Positions 54,680 to 64,000 of a stretch of DNA of 64,000 bases are shown here, in pieces; the first letter of the stretch is position 1; the number at the start of each line of letters is the position of its first letter. This stretch comes from an uncultured Gammaproteobacteria bacterium. GTDB lineage: Bacteria; Patescibacteriota; Patescibacteriia; Magasanikbacterales; GWA2-37-8. Both the position numbers and the translations under genes were made by a program. The notes under the pieces are model-generated. The model was not told the origin of the DNA, searched no databases, and was given only the letters and a program-made list of their open reading frames with translations. The stretch covers positions 83,250-147,249 of the forward strand of contig CAZINT010000003.1 of assembly GCA_964540825.1 (NCBI GenBank), written 5' to 3'.

Positions 54680-56056
54680 TTAATTCTTGATTATTTCTTT
54701 TAATTCAGCGACTTTATTCATCATTACCGCCCGATCTTTTGCTTCCACATTCAACCGCAAAACCGGCTCCGTATTACTGGCCCGGACTCCAAACCAGCCC
54801 CAGTCAAATGTCATCATCAGGCCATCAAGGCGAATAATTTCTTTTGCTTCAGGACTATATTTTTCTTCCAATTTTTGGAGCACACTATCTTTATCACCTA
54901 CTTCAAAATTTATTTCTCCGGAATGAAAATATTTTTTAAGTGACTGTGCAAGCTCGCTTAATTTTTTATTTTCACGCGAGAGCATTTGGAGCACGTAGAG
55001 TAAACTTAGATCTGAAGATTCTAGATTGTGTACGTCACCGTAGTACAGATGCTGCGATAATTCACTGGCGAACACTGCACCAGTATCACGCATTGCTTTT
55101 TTAATATTCGCGTGACCTACCTGGCACATTTCGGTCGTCGCCCCACTCTTCTCCCAAACTTCGGAAACAATCATACTCGAACGTAAATCATACATCAGAA
55201 GGCTACCGGGATGAGCACGAAGCACCTCAAGACCAAGAAGTGCGCCTACAAAAGATGCATCAACCACAGCACCTGTTTCGTCTACGAGGCCTATGCGGTC
55301 ACAATCGCCATCAAGCGCAAAACCGAAATCGGCGCCGGTAGCAACCACTTTTTCTTGGAGCGTTTTCAAGGTGTCTGTTTTAAGCGGATTCGCTTCGTGA
55401 TTTGGGAAGGTGCCATCCGGTTCAAGGAACAAATATTCAACCGTCATAGGCAATTTTGCCAGCCAATCCGGGAACGTTGCTTTGCCCATACCGTTTCCCG
55501 CGTCAACGACAATTTTAAAAGGTTTAAGCGTACTCGGGTTAACTAATTCAAAAATCTTGGCTTCGTAATCGGGCAAAACATTTTTTTGCATCGTAGTCCC
55601 CTGTTTTTGAGCGGGATTAAATACATTCAGCCGCACCGCTTCTTTAATAAAATCCATACCGTTTTTGCCGCCAACCGGCAAACCGTTCCCCATAGTGAGC
55701 TTAAAACCATTGTATTCGGCTGGATTATGGCTGGCCGTTACCATAATTCCTCCGGCATGTTCCGAGTAATGGGCGCAGGCAAAATTGAAAAGTGGCGTGG
55801 AAGCCAAGCCAATTTCGACCACATCAACGCCTTCGTCGGTAATACCGCGAATGACTGCGGGGGTAAAGCGGTCACCGCTCGGGCGCATATCTCGCCCGAC
55901 CACCAGTGATTTCCCGTCTAAAGGGATATTTTGAGCGCGTAAAAACAAAACAAACGCCCGGCCGATACCGTAAGCGATTTCTTCTGACAATTGGCCATCC
56001 ACTAAACCACGGATATCGTAGGCTTTAAAGATAGATTCTGGGAACTGCATAGGCAA
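54680..56056 (-). CDS. phosphoglucomutase/phosphomannomutase family protein
   Basis: GIMVTASHNPAEYNGFK active-site Ser loop; 458 aa. Confidence 0.85.
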   Translation of the reverse strand: MPMQFPESIFKAYDIRGLVDGQLSEEIAYGIGRAFVLFLRAQNIPLDGKSLVVGRDMRPSGDRFTPAVIRGITDEGVDVVEIGLASTPLFNFACAHYSEHAGGIMVTASHNPAEYNGFKLTMGNGLPVGGKNGMDFIKEAVRLNVFNPAQKQGTTMQKNVLPDYEAKIFELVNPSTLKPFKIVVDAGNGMGKATFPDWLAKLPMTVEYLFLEPDGTFPNHEANPLKTDTLKTLQEKVVATGADFGFALDGDCDRIGLVDETGAVVDASFVGALLGLEVLRAHPGSLLMYDLRSSMIVSEVWEKSGATTEMCQVGHANIKKAMRDTGAVFASELSQHLYYGDVHNLESSDLSLLYVLQMLSRENKKLSELAQSLKKYFHSGEINFEVGDKDSVLQKLEEKYSPEAKEIIRLDGLMMTFDWGWFGVRASNTEPVLRLNVEAKDRAVMMNKVAELKEIIKN

Positions 56057-56118
56057 AAATTTGCTTTGACGAAAGGGTATATACAGTATATACTAGCCCT
56101 ACTTAAAAGTCTATAAAT

Positions 56119-58641
56119 ATGAATGTTTTAGAGCGTTTTTCTACTCATGTGCGTCAGGTTCTGGCAAAAAGTATTCAGCTCGCTGCCGAACTCAAACATA
56201 AAGAGGTTGAACCGATCCATCTGTTTTTTTCGTTAGCCGGTCAAAAGGGCTCGGTTGGGGCAGAAATTATTAATCGCTTTAAACTCGACCCCAAAAGTCT
56301 TGAGTATTATTTGTTCAATTTACCCGTTGTCAAAGCCCGACCCGTCCGGCGCGCCCCTGCTGCCGCACTTGTTATGACGCCACTCTCGGCCGAGGCTCAG
56401 CGCGCAGTTGAAAAAGCCATGCTCATTGCCGAGCAAAACCGCCACAACTACGTCGGGACCGAACATTTGTTAGCCGGGCTCCTGGCGCTTCACAACTCCC
56501 TGCTTGAGGATATTTTTAAAATGAACGCTATTACGCTCGCTGACCTCAACAAGCAGCTTGACACCGTGCTCGCTAACGCCACCCAGTTCCCCCGCATCAA
56601 CGACGTAAGCGAGGTCGTGGAACAAATTCAAGATACTTTAGGTGAAAACCAGCATCCTCCGCATATGGGCGAACATCATAATCACACTGCTCCAAAAAAT
56701 AACAAAAAAACCGAAGCGGCTTTGGATTTTTTTGCGACCGAACTAACCAGTAGCGAGACAGAAAGCACACTTGACCCGGTTGTCGGCCGCGCTGGTGAAA
56801 TCGAACGCCTTATTCAGATTTTGTGCCGACGCAGCAAAAATAATCCAGTGCTTCTGGGTGAACCTGGTGTTGGTAAAACGGCTATTGTCGAAGGACTGGC
56901 TAAACGAATTGTTGCCGGTGACGTTCCCGATCTCCTCCTTAACAAAAAAATCTACGCCCTCGACCTAGGACTCCTGATTGCTGGCACGATTTATCGCGGC
57001 GAGTTTGAGGGGCGGCTCCGCCAAGTGATTGAAGAAGTCACCGAAAACCCTGATATCATTTTATTTATTGACGAAATTCACAATATTGTCGGTGCCGGAT
57101 CAAACCAAGGCACCATGGATGCCGGCAATATTCTCAAGCCCGCCTTGTCGCGCGGACAAATTCATTGTATTGGCGCTACAACGCCGCAAGAATTTAAAAA
57201 ACATATTGAAAACGACCCCGCGCTCGAACGCCGTTTTCAATCTATCTATGTCGAGGAACCAAGTCTGGCAGACACAGTAACGATTCTCAAAGGCATTAGA
57301 GAAAACTACGAACATTTTCACCATATTGCAATTACCGATGAAGCAATTGAAATGGCCGTACGCTTGGCTGACCGGTATATCAGTAACAAATTTTTGCCTG
57401 ACAAAGCGATTGATCTTATCGACGAAGCAGCGGCAGCTAAACGCCTAGCGCAAAAGGTGGCGCCGTGGCAAAACAAACTTGCCAAATTAAAACAAAAACT
57501 TGAAAAAACGATTCAGGCCAAAGAAACCGCTGCCCAAAACGATCATTTTGAAGAAGCAGTAAAACTGAAAGAGGAGGAAGAAAAAATTCGCACAGCAGTT
57601 AAACAAGCCGAAAAAATAGCCGGCAGCAAAAAACCCAAAATTTTAGCCAGCATTACTGACCAAGATATTTTGGCGCAAATCGCCCGCATCACCCACACCG
57701 CACCAACTGAACTTATTCTTGAGGACACCGGAAACTTACAGCTGATTGAGCAAAAATTGCGCTCCGCGATTGTTGGCCAAAGCGAGGCCATTACTACGGT
57801 GGCTGCTCAGGTACGCCAGGCACTTATGGGACTCTCGCACCCTGACCGCCCACTTGCGTCGTTCTTGTTTGTCGGCGAATCGGGTGTCGGTAAAACCGAA
57901 CTGGCGAAGACGCTCGCGAAAACCCTCTACCCCGGACGTGACGCCCTTATTCGCCTGAACATGAGCGAATTTAATGAAAGTTTCGGAGTATCAAAATTAC
58001 TCGGCTCCCCGGCCGGATATGTTGGCTACAAAGAAAGCAATCAGTTTACTGATAAAATAAAACAAAACCCGCACTGCGTGCTTTTATTTGATGAAATTGA
58101 CAAAGCGCATAAAGACGTTACCAAGCTTCTCTTACAAATGCTTGAAGATGGCGAGATAACCGACTCGACGGGCAAGAAAATTTCTTTAAAACATGCTATA
58201 CTAATCATGACTACCACGCTTGGAGCCGAAGATGTTAAAAAAGGACTTCTCGGGTTTGGCGGCAACACTACTTCGGCAACAACTCAGCAAGCGCAGCTGG
58301 TTGAAAAGCTCAAAGACTATTTCTCGGCTGAGATTATCAATCGAATCGACAGTATTTGCTTCTTTAATCCGCTGACACAGCTTGATTTAGTGACTATTGC
58401 CGAGCTCGAACTGAACCGCCTGAATGATCGGCTTAAAATACACCACACCAAACTCAGCTCACCGACTCCGGTACTGGAGTGGCTTATCGAGCATCAAAGC
58501 AAGGCGAGTCAAAATGCTCGGGAAGTCCGCCGCACTGTTAGGACGCAGGTCGAAAAATTAATCGCTGAAATCCTCTTAACCAAAAAAATTAACGCCCAGT
58601 ACGAACTGACTGTTACTGATGAGCAGCTTGAACTTCGCTAA
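56119..58641 (+). CDS. clpC: ATP-dependent Clp protease ATP-binding subunit, ClpC-like
   Basis: Clp_N repeats, two AAA+ modules ([15 protein letters not shown]; [15 protein letters not shown]), and a UVR-like linker ([16 protein letters not shown]). Confidence 0.85.
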   Translation: MNVLERFSTHVRQVLAKSIQLAAELKHKEVEPIHLFFSLAGQKGSVGAEIINRFKLDPKSLEYYLFNLPVVKARPVRRAPAAALVMTPLSAEAQRAVEKAMLIAEQNRHNYVGTEHLLAGLLALHNSLLEDIFKMNAITLADLNKQLDTVLANATQFPRINDVSEVVEQIQDTLGENQHPPHMGEHHNHTAPKNNKKTEAALDFFATELTSSETESTLDPVVGRAGEIERLIQILCRRSKNNPVLLGEPGVGKTAIVEGLAKRIVAGDVPDLLLNKKIYALDLGLLIAGTIYRGEFEGRLRQVIEEVTENPDIILFIDEIHNIVGAGSNQGTMDAGNILKPALSRGQIHCIGATTPQEFKKHIENDPALERRFQSIYVEEPSLADTVTILKGIRENYEHFHHIAITDEAIEMAVRLADRYISNKFLPDKAIDLIDEAAAAKRLAQKVAPWQNKLAKLKQKLEKTIQAKETAAQNDHFEEAVKLKEEEEKIRTAVKQAEKIAGSKKPKILASITDQDILAQIARITHTAPTELILEDTGNLQLIEQKLRSAIVGQSEAITTVAAQVRQALMGLSHPDRPLASFLFVGESGVGKTELAKTLAKTLYPGRDALIRLNMSEFNESFGVSKLLGSPAGYVGYKESNQFTDKIKQNPHCVLLFDEIDKAHKDVTKLLLQMLEDGEITDSTGKKISLKHAILIMTTTLGAEDVKKGLLGFGGNTTSATTQQAQLVEKLKDYFSAEIINRIDSICFFNPLTQLDLVTIAELELNRLNDRLKIHHTKLSSPTPVLEWLIEHQSKASQNAREVRRTVRTQVEKLIAEILLTKKINAQYELTVTDEQLELR

Positions 58642-58697
58642 TACCGGTGTAGTCGCGGGCGGCTACAACTCACACTACTCAGGTTTAAATATTCTGT

Positions 58698-59630
58698 ATG
58701 CCCCCGGCTCGGCCAGTCTCAAACAATTCAGCAGTCCGAAAATTTGGACAGGCCCTCAGCCTGGCAGCAGCTCTTGGCGGCAGTGCGCCAGCAGCCCAGC
58801 CACAGCGCACACTCAGCGAGACAGAACAAATGAGTGCGGCGAACGAACTTGGAAATTCTCTGGCCGTAGCGCGAGGCAGCGGCCTTGGGGCAGCGCCAAC
58901 CTCGGACGAAAATTACCAACCCCCTGCCGGCACTAATTTTGAAGCAACCGAAACTAGCAAACCAGGTGAAAAACAATCTTTAACGAAAAGATTATTTGGC
59001 GTCACGAGTGCAAAAGCAAACTATAGCCGCTCTAGCCGGAACGATTATCAAACTCCTGATCGCTCTAAATCCACCCCTACTACAGAGGGCACACCTGAAT
59101 CAAACACCTATGACCAGCTCATGGCCGAACAAAATCGCAGCCGCGCGCTTATAAAAGCTGAACAACAGTCCGAAAAATCTGACGATACACTGCGCAATCA
59201 AATTACCGGCGGTAATCTTTTACATATTATTAAACGGGTCTTGCCCAATTTTGACAGCTTGCTTGGCGGCATCGAAAAAGCGCCTGCCGAAAAACGCCTC
59301 CCTTTGCTGGAAAATCTTAAAAGCGCTCTTCGCGCGGCTGAAACAGGCGCTGGTTTTATTGACGGATGCTCAACGTGGCTAGAAATTTTTTCCCTCAGTA
59401 TTCCTACGATTGTCGTTCCCTTTTTGCTACCCTTCCTATTCTTACCCTGGGTGATTCTCTATATGTCTTTTGGAAGAATTTTAGGCGGAACACTGTCGGT
59501 CGGTGTTCATAAAATCACTCAAATTGTTGACGCGATGATTGCGGAAACCAAAAAACAAATTGCCAAAAAACAAAAGAAAAGAAATCTATTACTGCGCCTC
59601 ATGCAAATGCAACGCCGCCAATCCGCTTAA
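58698..59630 (+). CDS. hypothetical protein with a low-complexity N-terminus and a C-terminal TM segment
   Basis: The start is uncertain; several in-frame ATGs. Confidence 0.35.
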   Translation: MPPARPVSNNSAVRKFGQALSLAAALGGSAPAAQPQRTLSETEQMSAANELGNSLAVARGSGLGAAPTSDENYQPPAGTNFEATETSKPGEKQSLTKRLFGVTSAKANYSRSSRNDYQTPDRSKSTPTTEGTPESNTYDQLMAEQNRSRALIKAEQQSEKSDDTLRNQITGGNLLHIIKRVLPNFDSLLGGIEKAPAEKRLPLLENLKSALRAAETGAGFIDGCSTWLEIFSLSIPTIVVPFLLPFLFLPWVILYMSFGRILGGTLSVGVHKITQIVDAMIAETKKQIAKKQKKRNLLLRLMQMQRRQSA

Positions 59631-59657
59631 TAAACTATTGTATTTAGTCTTACCTCT

Positions 59658-60890
59658 ATGTCGCCTCTTCTTAAGAGAATTCTCCTTATCGCACTCCTCG
59701 TTGTAGTCGCGCTCGGAATTGGTTTTGGCCTCTATTACTTGTTTAACCGAACCGGTTCGCTGGCTGGTGTTAGCCCAACACCAGCGCCAGGGGGCGCGCA
59801 GCTGCCCGGATCAGGCGAACGACCAACAACGACTCCCGGGGGAATAACTCCCGGCGCAGGCACAGGAACGACCCTTCCTGCTTCGGGCGTCACACCGGCC
59901 ACGCCTTCACCCAGCTTCTACCAGCCAAAGCCGGTTGAAAAAGTAAGCAATGATTTTGCCATCTTTCCTTCGCTGAGTACAGCCGGCGACGTGCGCTATC
60001 ACAACGCGAGCGATGGAAGATTTTATCAAATTCAGCCTGACGGCCAAATAAAAACGCTTTCTGATCAACAGTTTTATAATGTTCAAAACGTTACCTGGGC
60101 CAAGACAGCCGACAAGGCCGTGCTGGAATACCCCGATGGCTCAAAAATTATTTATAATTTTGACACCAAAAAACAAACATCACTCCCCAAGCACTGGGAA
60201 GACTTTTCCTTCTCTCCTGACGGCAATCAACTGGCCGCCAAAAGCATGGGCCTTTCACCTGAAAATCGCTGGCTCGTGACCACCAAGGATGACGGCAGCG
60301 GCACAACACTTATTGAGCCACTTGGCGATAACGGCGATGCTGTTCAGGTCGCCTGGTCACCAAGCCGCCAGACAGTCGCCTTTGCTCAAACCGGCCAAGC
60401 GCTCGGCCTCGATCGCCGCGAAGTCCTGTTGGTTGGTTTACAGGGTGAAAATTTTAAATCAACGGTTGTGGAAGGGCTCGACTTTTTGCCAGCCTGGTCA
60501 CCAACCGGCAAAAAACTACTCTACAGCGTTGACAGTGCGCGCAGTGATTTCAAGCCTGAACTCTGGATCGTAAATGCCTACGGCGACGAAATTGGCACCA
60601 ACCGCCAATCACTCAGTATCAACACCTGGGCAGACAAATGTTCCTTTGGAGACGATGATACCCTGTTTTGTGCCGTGCCTCGCAACTTACCGCAGGGGGC
60701 CGGCATGTCACGCGATGTCGCCAAAGATTCTTATGACGATCTGTACAAGATAGACCTGAAAACCGGCGCCAAGGTGCCAGTACCACTTGGCGACGATTAC
60801 CACATCAACAATATTTCTTTTGATAAATCCACTAATAAAGTATACTTTACTGACCAAGATCAAACGGGAATTTTTGAGGCAAAATTATAA
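59658..60890 (+). CDS. membrane-anchored protein with a P/G/T-rich linker and a TolB-like (PD40) beta-propeller
   Basis: N-terminal TM, a linker, then a WD/PD40-like repeat region. Confidence 0.55.
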   Translation: MSPLLKRILLIALLVVVALGIGFGLYYLFNRTGSLAGVSPTPAPGGAQLPGSGERPTTTPGGITPGAGTGTTLPASGVTPATPSPSFYQPKPVEKVSNDFAIFPSLSTAGDVRYHNASDGRFYQIQPDGQIKTLSDQQFYNVQNVTWAKTADKAVLEYPDGSKIIYNFDTKKQTSLPKHWEDFSFSPDGNQLAAKSMGLSPENRWLVTTKDDGSGTTLIEPLGDNGDAVQVAWSPSRQTVAFAQTGQALGLDRREVLLVGLQGENFKSTVVEGLDFLPAWSPTGKKLLYSVDSARSDFKPELWIVNAYGDEIGTNRQSLSINTWADKCSFGDDDTLFCAVPRNLPQGAGMSRDVAKDSYDDLYKIDLKTGAKVPVPLGDDYHINNISFDKSTNKVYFTDQDQTGIFEAKL

Positions 60891-60898
60891 TCTACCGT

Positions 60899-61555
60899 AT
60901 GTCGCATACTAAAAAATTCTTTCTTGTTCTTCTGGCCCTTATTTTGGGCACCCTGCTCCTCCTTGGCAAACAAATTAGCCGCGCGTTTACTATTACCACA
61001 GCACCGACCAACCAACCGCTGATTAGCCCGCTTACCACCGATATTCCAAGCGACAGCACGGATCCGATTTTTGGTAACCCGGGAGCCGCGCTTAGCATCG
61101 TTGAGTTTACTGACATTGGCTGCGCAGAGTGCCAGCGAGTTCACCATATTCTTACGACTTTCATCGCCGCTCACCCCAAAGATGCCCGCCTCATCTGGAA
61201 AGATGCACCGAATCGAAGTATTTTTTTGAAAGAAAATATTCCAGCGCATGTGGCTGCTTTTTGTGCCGAACAGCAAAATAAATTTTGGGAATATACTGAC
61301 GCAGTCATGGCTGACAAAAAATATACTTCTACCAAGAATCTTATAGAGCAAGCCAGCAAGCTTGCATTGGACATTCCCGTCTTTGAAGCCTGTCTCAAAG
61401 ACCCGGCTTCGACAGCACGAATAACCAGCGCTCGGATTCTGGCCCAGCAGCTCGGCATTACAACTGCACCAGTATTGTTCGTTAACAACCGGCGCATCAC
61501 CCTCACCAAAGACATCGATCTTACAGAGCTGCTTGAAGCCTTTATTGCCCTATAA
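60899..61555 (+). CDS. DsbA-like thiol:disulfide oxidoreductase, membrane-anchored
   Basis: N-terminal TM and a thioredoxin fold with CAEC. Confidence 0.6.
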   Translation: MSHTKKFFLVLLALILGTLLLLGKQISRAFTITTAPTNQPLISPLTTDIPSDSTDPIFGNPGAALSIVEFTDIGCAECQRVHHILTTFIAAHPKDARLIWKDAPNRSIFLKENIPAHVAAFCAEQQNKFWEYTDAVMADKKYTSTKNLIEQASKLALDIPVFEACLKDPASTARITSARILAQQLGITTAPVLFVNNRRITLTKDIDLTELLEAFIAL

Positions 61556-61564
61556 TTTTTACGT

Positions 61565-62722
61565 ATGTACTCGCCTCGCCTTCCACTTGGTCAAAAAATA
61601 TTTCTGCTTTTTACATTCAGCATTCTTTGTTTGGCGGCCACCCCGGCGCACGCCATAACAACAAGCACGGGCGAAACAGTCGACAATGGATATAGCAACA
61701 TCGCCAAACAGCTTAAACCGCCTCAACCTGCTATCCATATTCCTGGTCTTGTTTTTAGCGACGTTTCTCCAACCCTCGATGAAGATGGTAATGTTTCGGT
61801 GCCATTCCTCGGCGAATACATCGGCGCGGTGTACAAGTTTGCCATGATTGCAGCCAGTGTCGTTGCCGTTATCATGATTATTGTTCAAGGTTTTCAGGTA
61901 GTGATGTCGGGCGGCGGCGAAGAACAAGTTGCCGCTTACAAAAATATTGGACGCATTGTTATCGGACTCTGTCTGGTCTGGGGATCATATTTTATTTTAT
62001 ATACCGTCAACCCCGAGCTTGTTAATTTTAAGACCTTAAAAATTAAGTATATTCCACCTCAAGTGATTAAGGTAGACGCAGCTGACGAACCGCCAACTGA
62101 TGGGCCCGCAACACCGACGACAGGCACCGGGAATGTTCCCTATTTTGCTCAATGGGAAGGGCCGTGGGCGAAACGAAAACCGGGCGACGAACTTAATCCG
62201 CCATGGCCGCTCGCAGACAGCCAAGCCGGACGAACAGACTGCAGCACAATTCAGCAGCGCGGCTGCGGCCCTACCAGCCTTGCCATGGTTTTAGCTTACT
62301 ATGGGCAAAGTGTTACTCCGCTTGATACCGCAAAATGGGGTCTTGGCTGCACCGGCGCCTGGCAGCCAAGCCAAACACTCGGAAAAAATAGTGCCAATTT
62401 TGAAGCAAAATGGCCCGGGCTTACTGCTAAAACAGTTAAAGCTGAACAAATTTTACCTTTACTTACGAACGGTAAACCGCTGGTGTATAATTGTGCACCC
62501 TGCCAAGGCCTGAATAAGGATGGAAAACCGGCCAAGGAATATTCCGGACATTATGTGGTACTTACTAAACTGCAGCAGCGCGATACCCAAGGCTTAGCAA
62601 ATGATCAAATCATTGTTGAAGTTAACGACCCCGGAGCAAACCCAACTAAACGCATTATGACCATGACCATGCAGCAAGTACTTGATCATTACCGGACAGC
62701 CGTGTACGTTGATAAAAAATAA
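61565..62722 (+). CDS. fusion protein: signal peptide plus two-helix VirB2/TrbC-like pilin segment, a P/T-rich linker and a C-terminal C39-like peptidase domain
   Basis: Signal peptide ...ATPAHA, the helices YKFAMIAASVVAVIMIIVQGFQVV and IGRIVIGLCLVWGSYFILYTV, and C39-like Gln/Cys (QQRGCGPTSLAMVLAYYG), His (SGHYVVLT) and Asp (VNDPG). Confidence 0.5.
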   Translation: MYSPRLPLGQKIFLLFTFSILCLAATPAHAITTSTGETVDNGYSNIAKQLKPPQPAIHIPGLVFSDVSPTLDEDGNVSVPFLGEYIGAVYKFAMIAASVVAVIMIIVQGFQVVMSGGGEEQVAAYKNIGRIVIGLCLVWGSYFILYTVNPELVNFKTLKIKYIPPQVIKVDAADEPPTDGPATPTTGTGNVPYFAQWEGPWAKRKPGDELNPPWPLADSQAGRTDCSTIQQRGCGPTSLAMVLAYYGQSVTPLDTAKWGLGCTGAWQPSQTLGKNSANFEAKWPGLTAKTVKAEQILPLLTNGKPLVYNCAPCQGLNKDGKPAKEYSGHYVVLTKLQQRDTQGLANDQIIVEVNDPGANPTKRIMTMTMQQVLDHYRTAVYVDKK

Positions 62723-62723
62723 C

Positions 62724-64000
62724 ATGCCCTCTAAATACGAAACAATTTTTACCTGCAGCAACTGCGGCGCTCAATTCCAAAAATGGATTGGGCGCTGTTT
62801 AGAGTGTGGAAAATGGGGAACGGTTGAAAAAGCCCAAATATCAAATGCCAAATTACAAAACGATGAAGTGATTTTACCCACGAAGACCGTGAAACTGAGC
62901 GAGGTAGGAGGTAAAAATTTTAAACGAATTGCTACAGGCATCTCGGAACTTGATCGCGTGCTCGGCGGCGGGATCGTACCGGGGAGTCTTATTCTTCTTG
63001 GCGGCGAACCGGGTATTGGTAAATCAACACTTTCGCTCCAACTCGCCGCAGTCCTTCCCAACACGTTCTATTTTTCAGCCGAAGAATCTGCCGAGCAAAT
63101 TAAAATGCACGCTGATCGCCTCGGTATTACAGCGCCGACACTTCAACTCGCCAACGAACCGGAAGTCGAAAAAATAATTGCCACGCTTACCCCAACCAAA
63201 AAAGAAGCGCCCATGCCACTCCCCGGACTCGTGATTATCGACTCCATTCAAACGCTCTACTCAAACGATGTTGAAGGCGAACCGGGAAATATCAATCAAA
63301 TCCGCGCTTGCACCGTCAAACTCATGGAGCTGGCCAAAACGAGCGGCATTCCCATTGTCATTATTGGCCACGTCACTAAAGAAGGAACTGTTGCGGGACC
63401 GAAGACACTGGAGCATTTGGTTGATACTGTTTTATACCTCGAGGGCGATCAACACCATCTGTACCGAATACTTCGCACGGTCAAAAATCGTTTTGGAGCG
63501 ACCGACGAAGTGGGTATTTTTCAAATGGAAGAAAAGGGGCTTATGGAAGTTAAAAATGCTTCAGCCTATTTTATGTCTGAACGCGGAGAAGATTTGCCGG
63601 GAACTATTCTCACCTGTCTGATCGAAGGCACGCGCCCTATCATCGTTGAAATTCAAGCACTCGTAAACAAAACTGCGTTTGGCTACCCAACGCGTAAATC
63701 GAGCGGTTTTGATTTAAACCGCCTCTATGTTTTGATCGCTGTACTCCAAAAACGAGCAGGACTGCACCTGGAACAATATGACGTGCACATCAATGTGGTT
63801 GGCGGACTCACCGCTGACGAACCGGCGGCTGACCTCGCTGTCGCTATGGCCATTGCCAGCGCCTACAAAGACAAACCGCTCGGGCACGACCTCGTCGCGT
63901 TTGGCGAAGTAGGCCTTGGCGGCGAAGTGCGCTCAATCCCCCAGCTAGAAAAGCGCATTCGCGAAGCTGAGCAGCTCGGACTCAAACGGGCCATAACCAA
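62724..64000 (+). CDS. radA: DNA repair protein RadA/Sms; the C-terminus runs off the window end
   Basis: Translated by hand from ATG 62724: MPSKYETIFTCSNCGAQFQKWIGRCLECGKWG zinc ribbon and Walker A GGEPGIGKSTL. The gene is edge-truncated and therefore not in the ORF track. Confidence 0.85.
   Translation, partial: MPSKYETIFTCSNCGAQFQKWIGRCLECGKWGTVEKAQISNAKLQNDEVILPTKTVKLSEVGGKNFKRIATGISELDRVLGGGIVPGSLILLGGEPGIGKSTLSLQLAAVLPNTFYFSAEESAEQIKMHADRLGITAPTLQLANEPEVEKIIATLTPTKKEAPMPLPGLVIIDSIQTLYSNDVEGEPGNINQIRACTVKLMELAKTSGIPIVIIGHVTKEGTVAGPKTLEHLVDTVLYLEGDQHHLYRILRTVKNRFGATDEVGIFQMEEKGLMEVKNASAYFMSERGEDLPGTILTCLIEGTRPIIVEIQALVNKTAFGYPTRKSSGFDLNRLYVLIAVLQKRAGLHLEQYDVHINVVGGLTADEPAADLAVAMAIASAYKDKPLGHDLVAFGEVGLGGEVRSIPQLEKRIREAEQLGLKRAIT

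Noticed and set aside
1-64000. CRISPR arrays, rRNA genes, IS elements, prophage
   Set aside because: No short regularly spaced direct repeats, no rRNA-like conserved stretches, and no transposase, integrase, capsid, terminase or portal-like ORFs were seen on either strand. The repeats present are the paired 3' elements already described, each in only two copies.

Overview
64-kb chromosomal window with a backbone of roughly 45-50% GC (by eye) and a Gram-positive-like / candidate-phyla-radiation-like housekeeping set: infB (partial), rny, two hup, secG, a family-5 SBP, rnj, lexA, tsaD, dnaE, pheS-pheT, rseP, lemA-htpX, a phosphohexomutase, clpC and radA (partial). There are three tRNAs (Leu-CAG, Glu-UUC, Met-CAU) and many clean rho-independent terminators, and no rRNA, CRISPR array, transposase or integrase. 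The unusual part is that at least eleven short, mostly monocistronic ORFs of visibly much higher GC (about 60-68% by eye, with GC-rich third codon positions) are scattered through this backbone, starting at 1640, 2933, 6459, 13481, 17262, 25544, 30731, 31616, 38598 (minus), 40156 and 41577. Each sits behind its own near-consensus sigma70 promoter (TTGACA-16/17-TAnnnT, often with a TGn extended -10) and a GGAGG-type SD, and most are followed by a GC-rich long hairpin plus an AT-rich terminator. Two pairs (1640/2933 and 40156/41577) are tandem units that share near-identical 5' and 3' flanking modules around diverged or unrelated cargo. Only two cargos have a recognisable function (a purine nucleoside phosphorylase and an EgtD-like methyltransferase); the rest are orphans, including a tandem pair of Cys-rich probable lipoproteins. 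Other notable content: an ECF sigma / anti-sigma candidate / MsrB / XRE / thioredoxin-lipoprotein / DipZ-like envelope redox-repair cluster, a VirB2-like pilin N-terminus fused to a C39-like peptidase next to DsbA-like and TolB-like proteins, an 875-aa Fn3/PG-binding surface protein, and candidate regulatory structures at rny, lexA and the tRNA-Met/tsaD junction. All GC statements are visual estimates; nothing was computed or searched.
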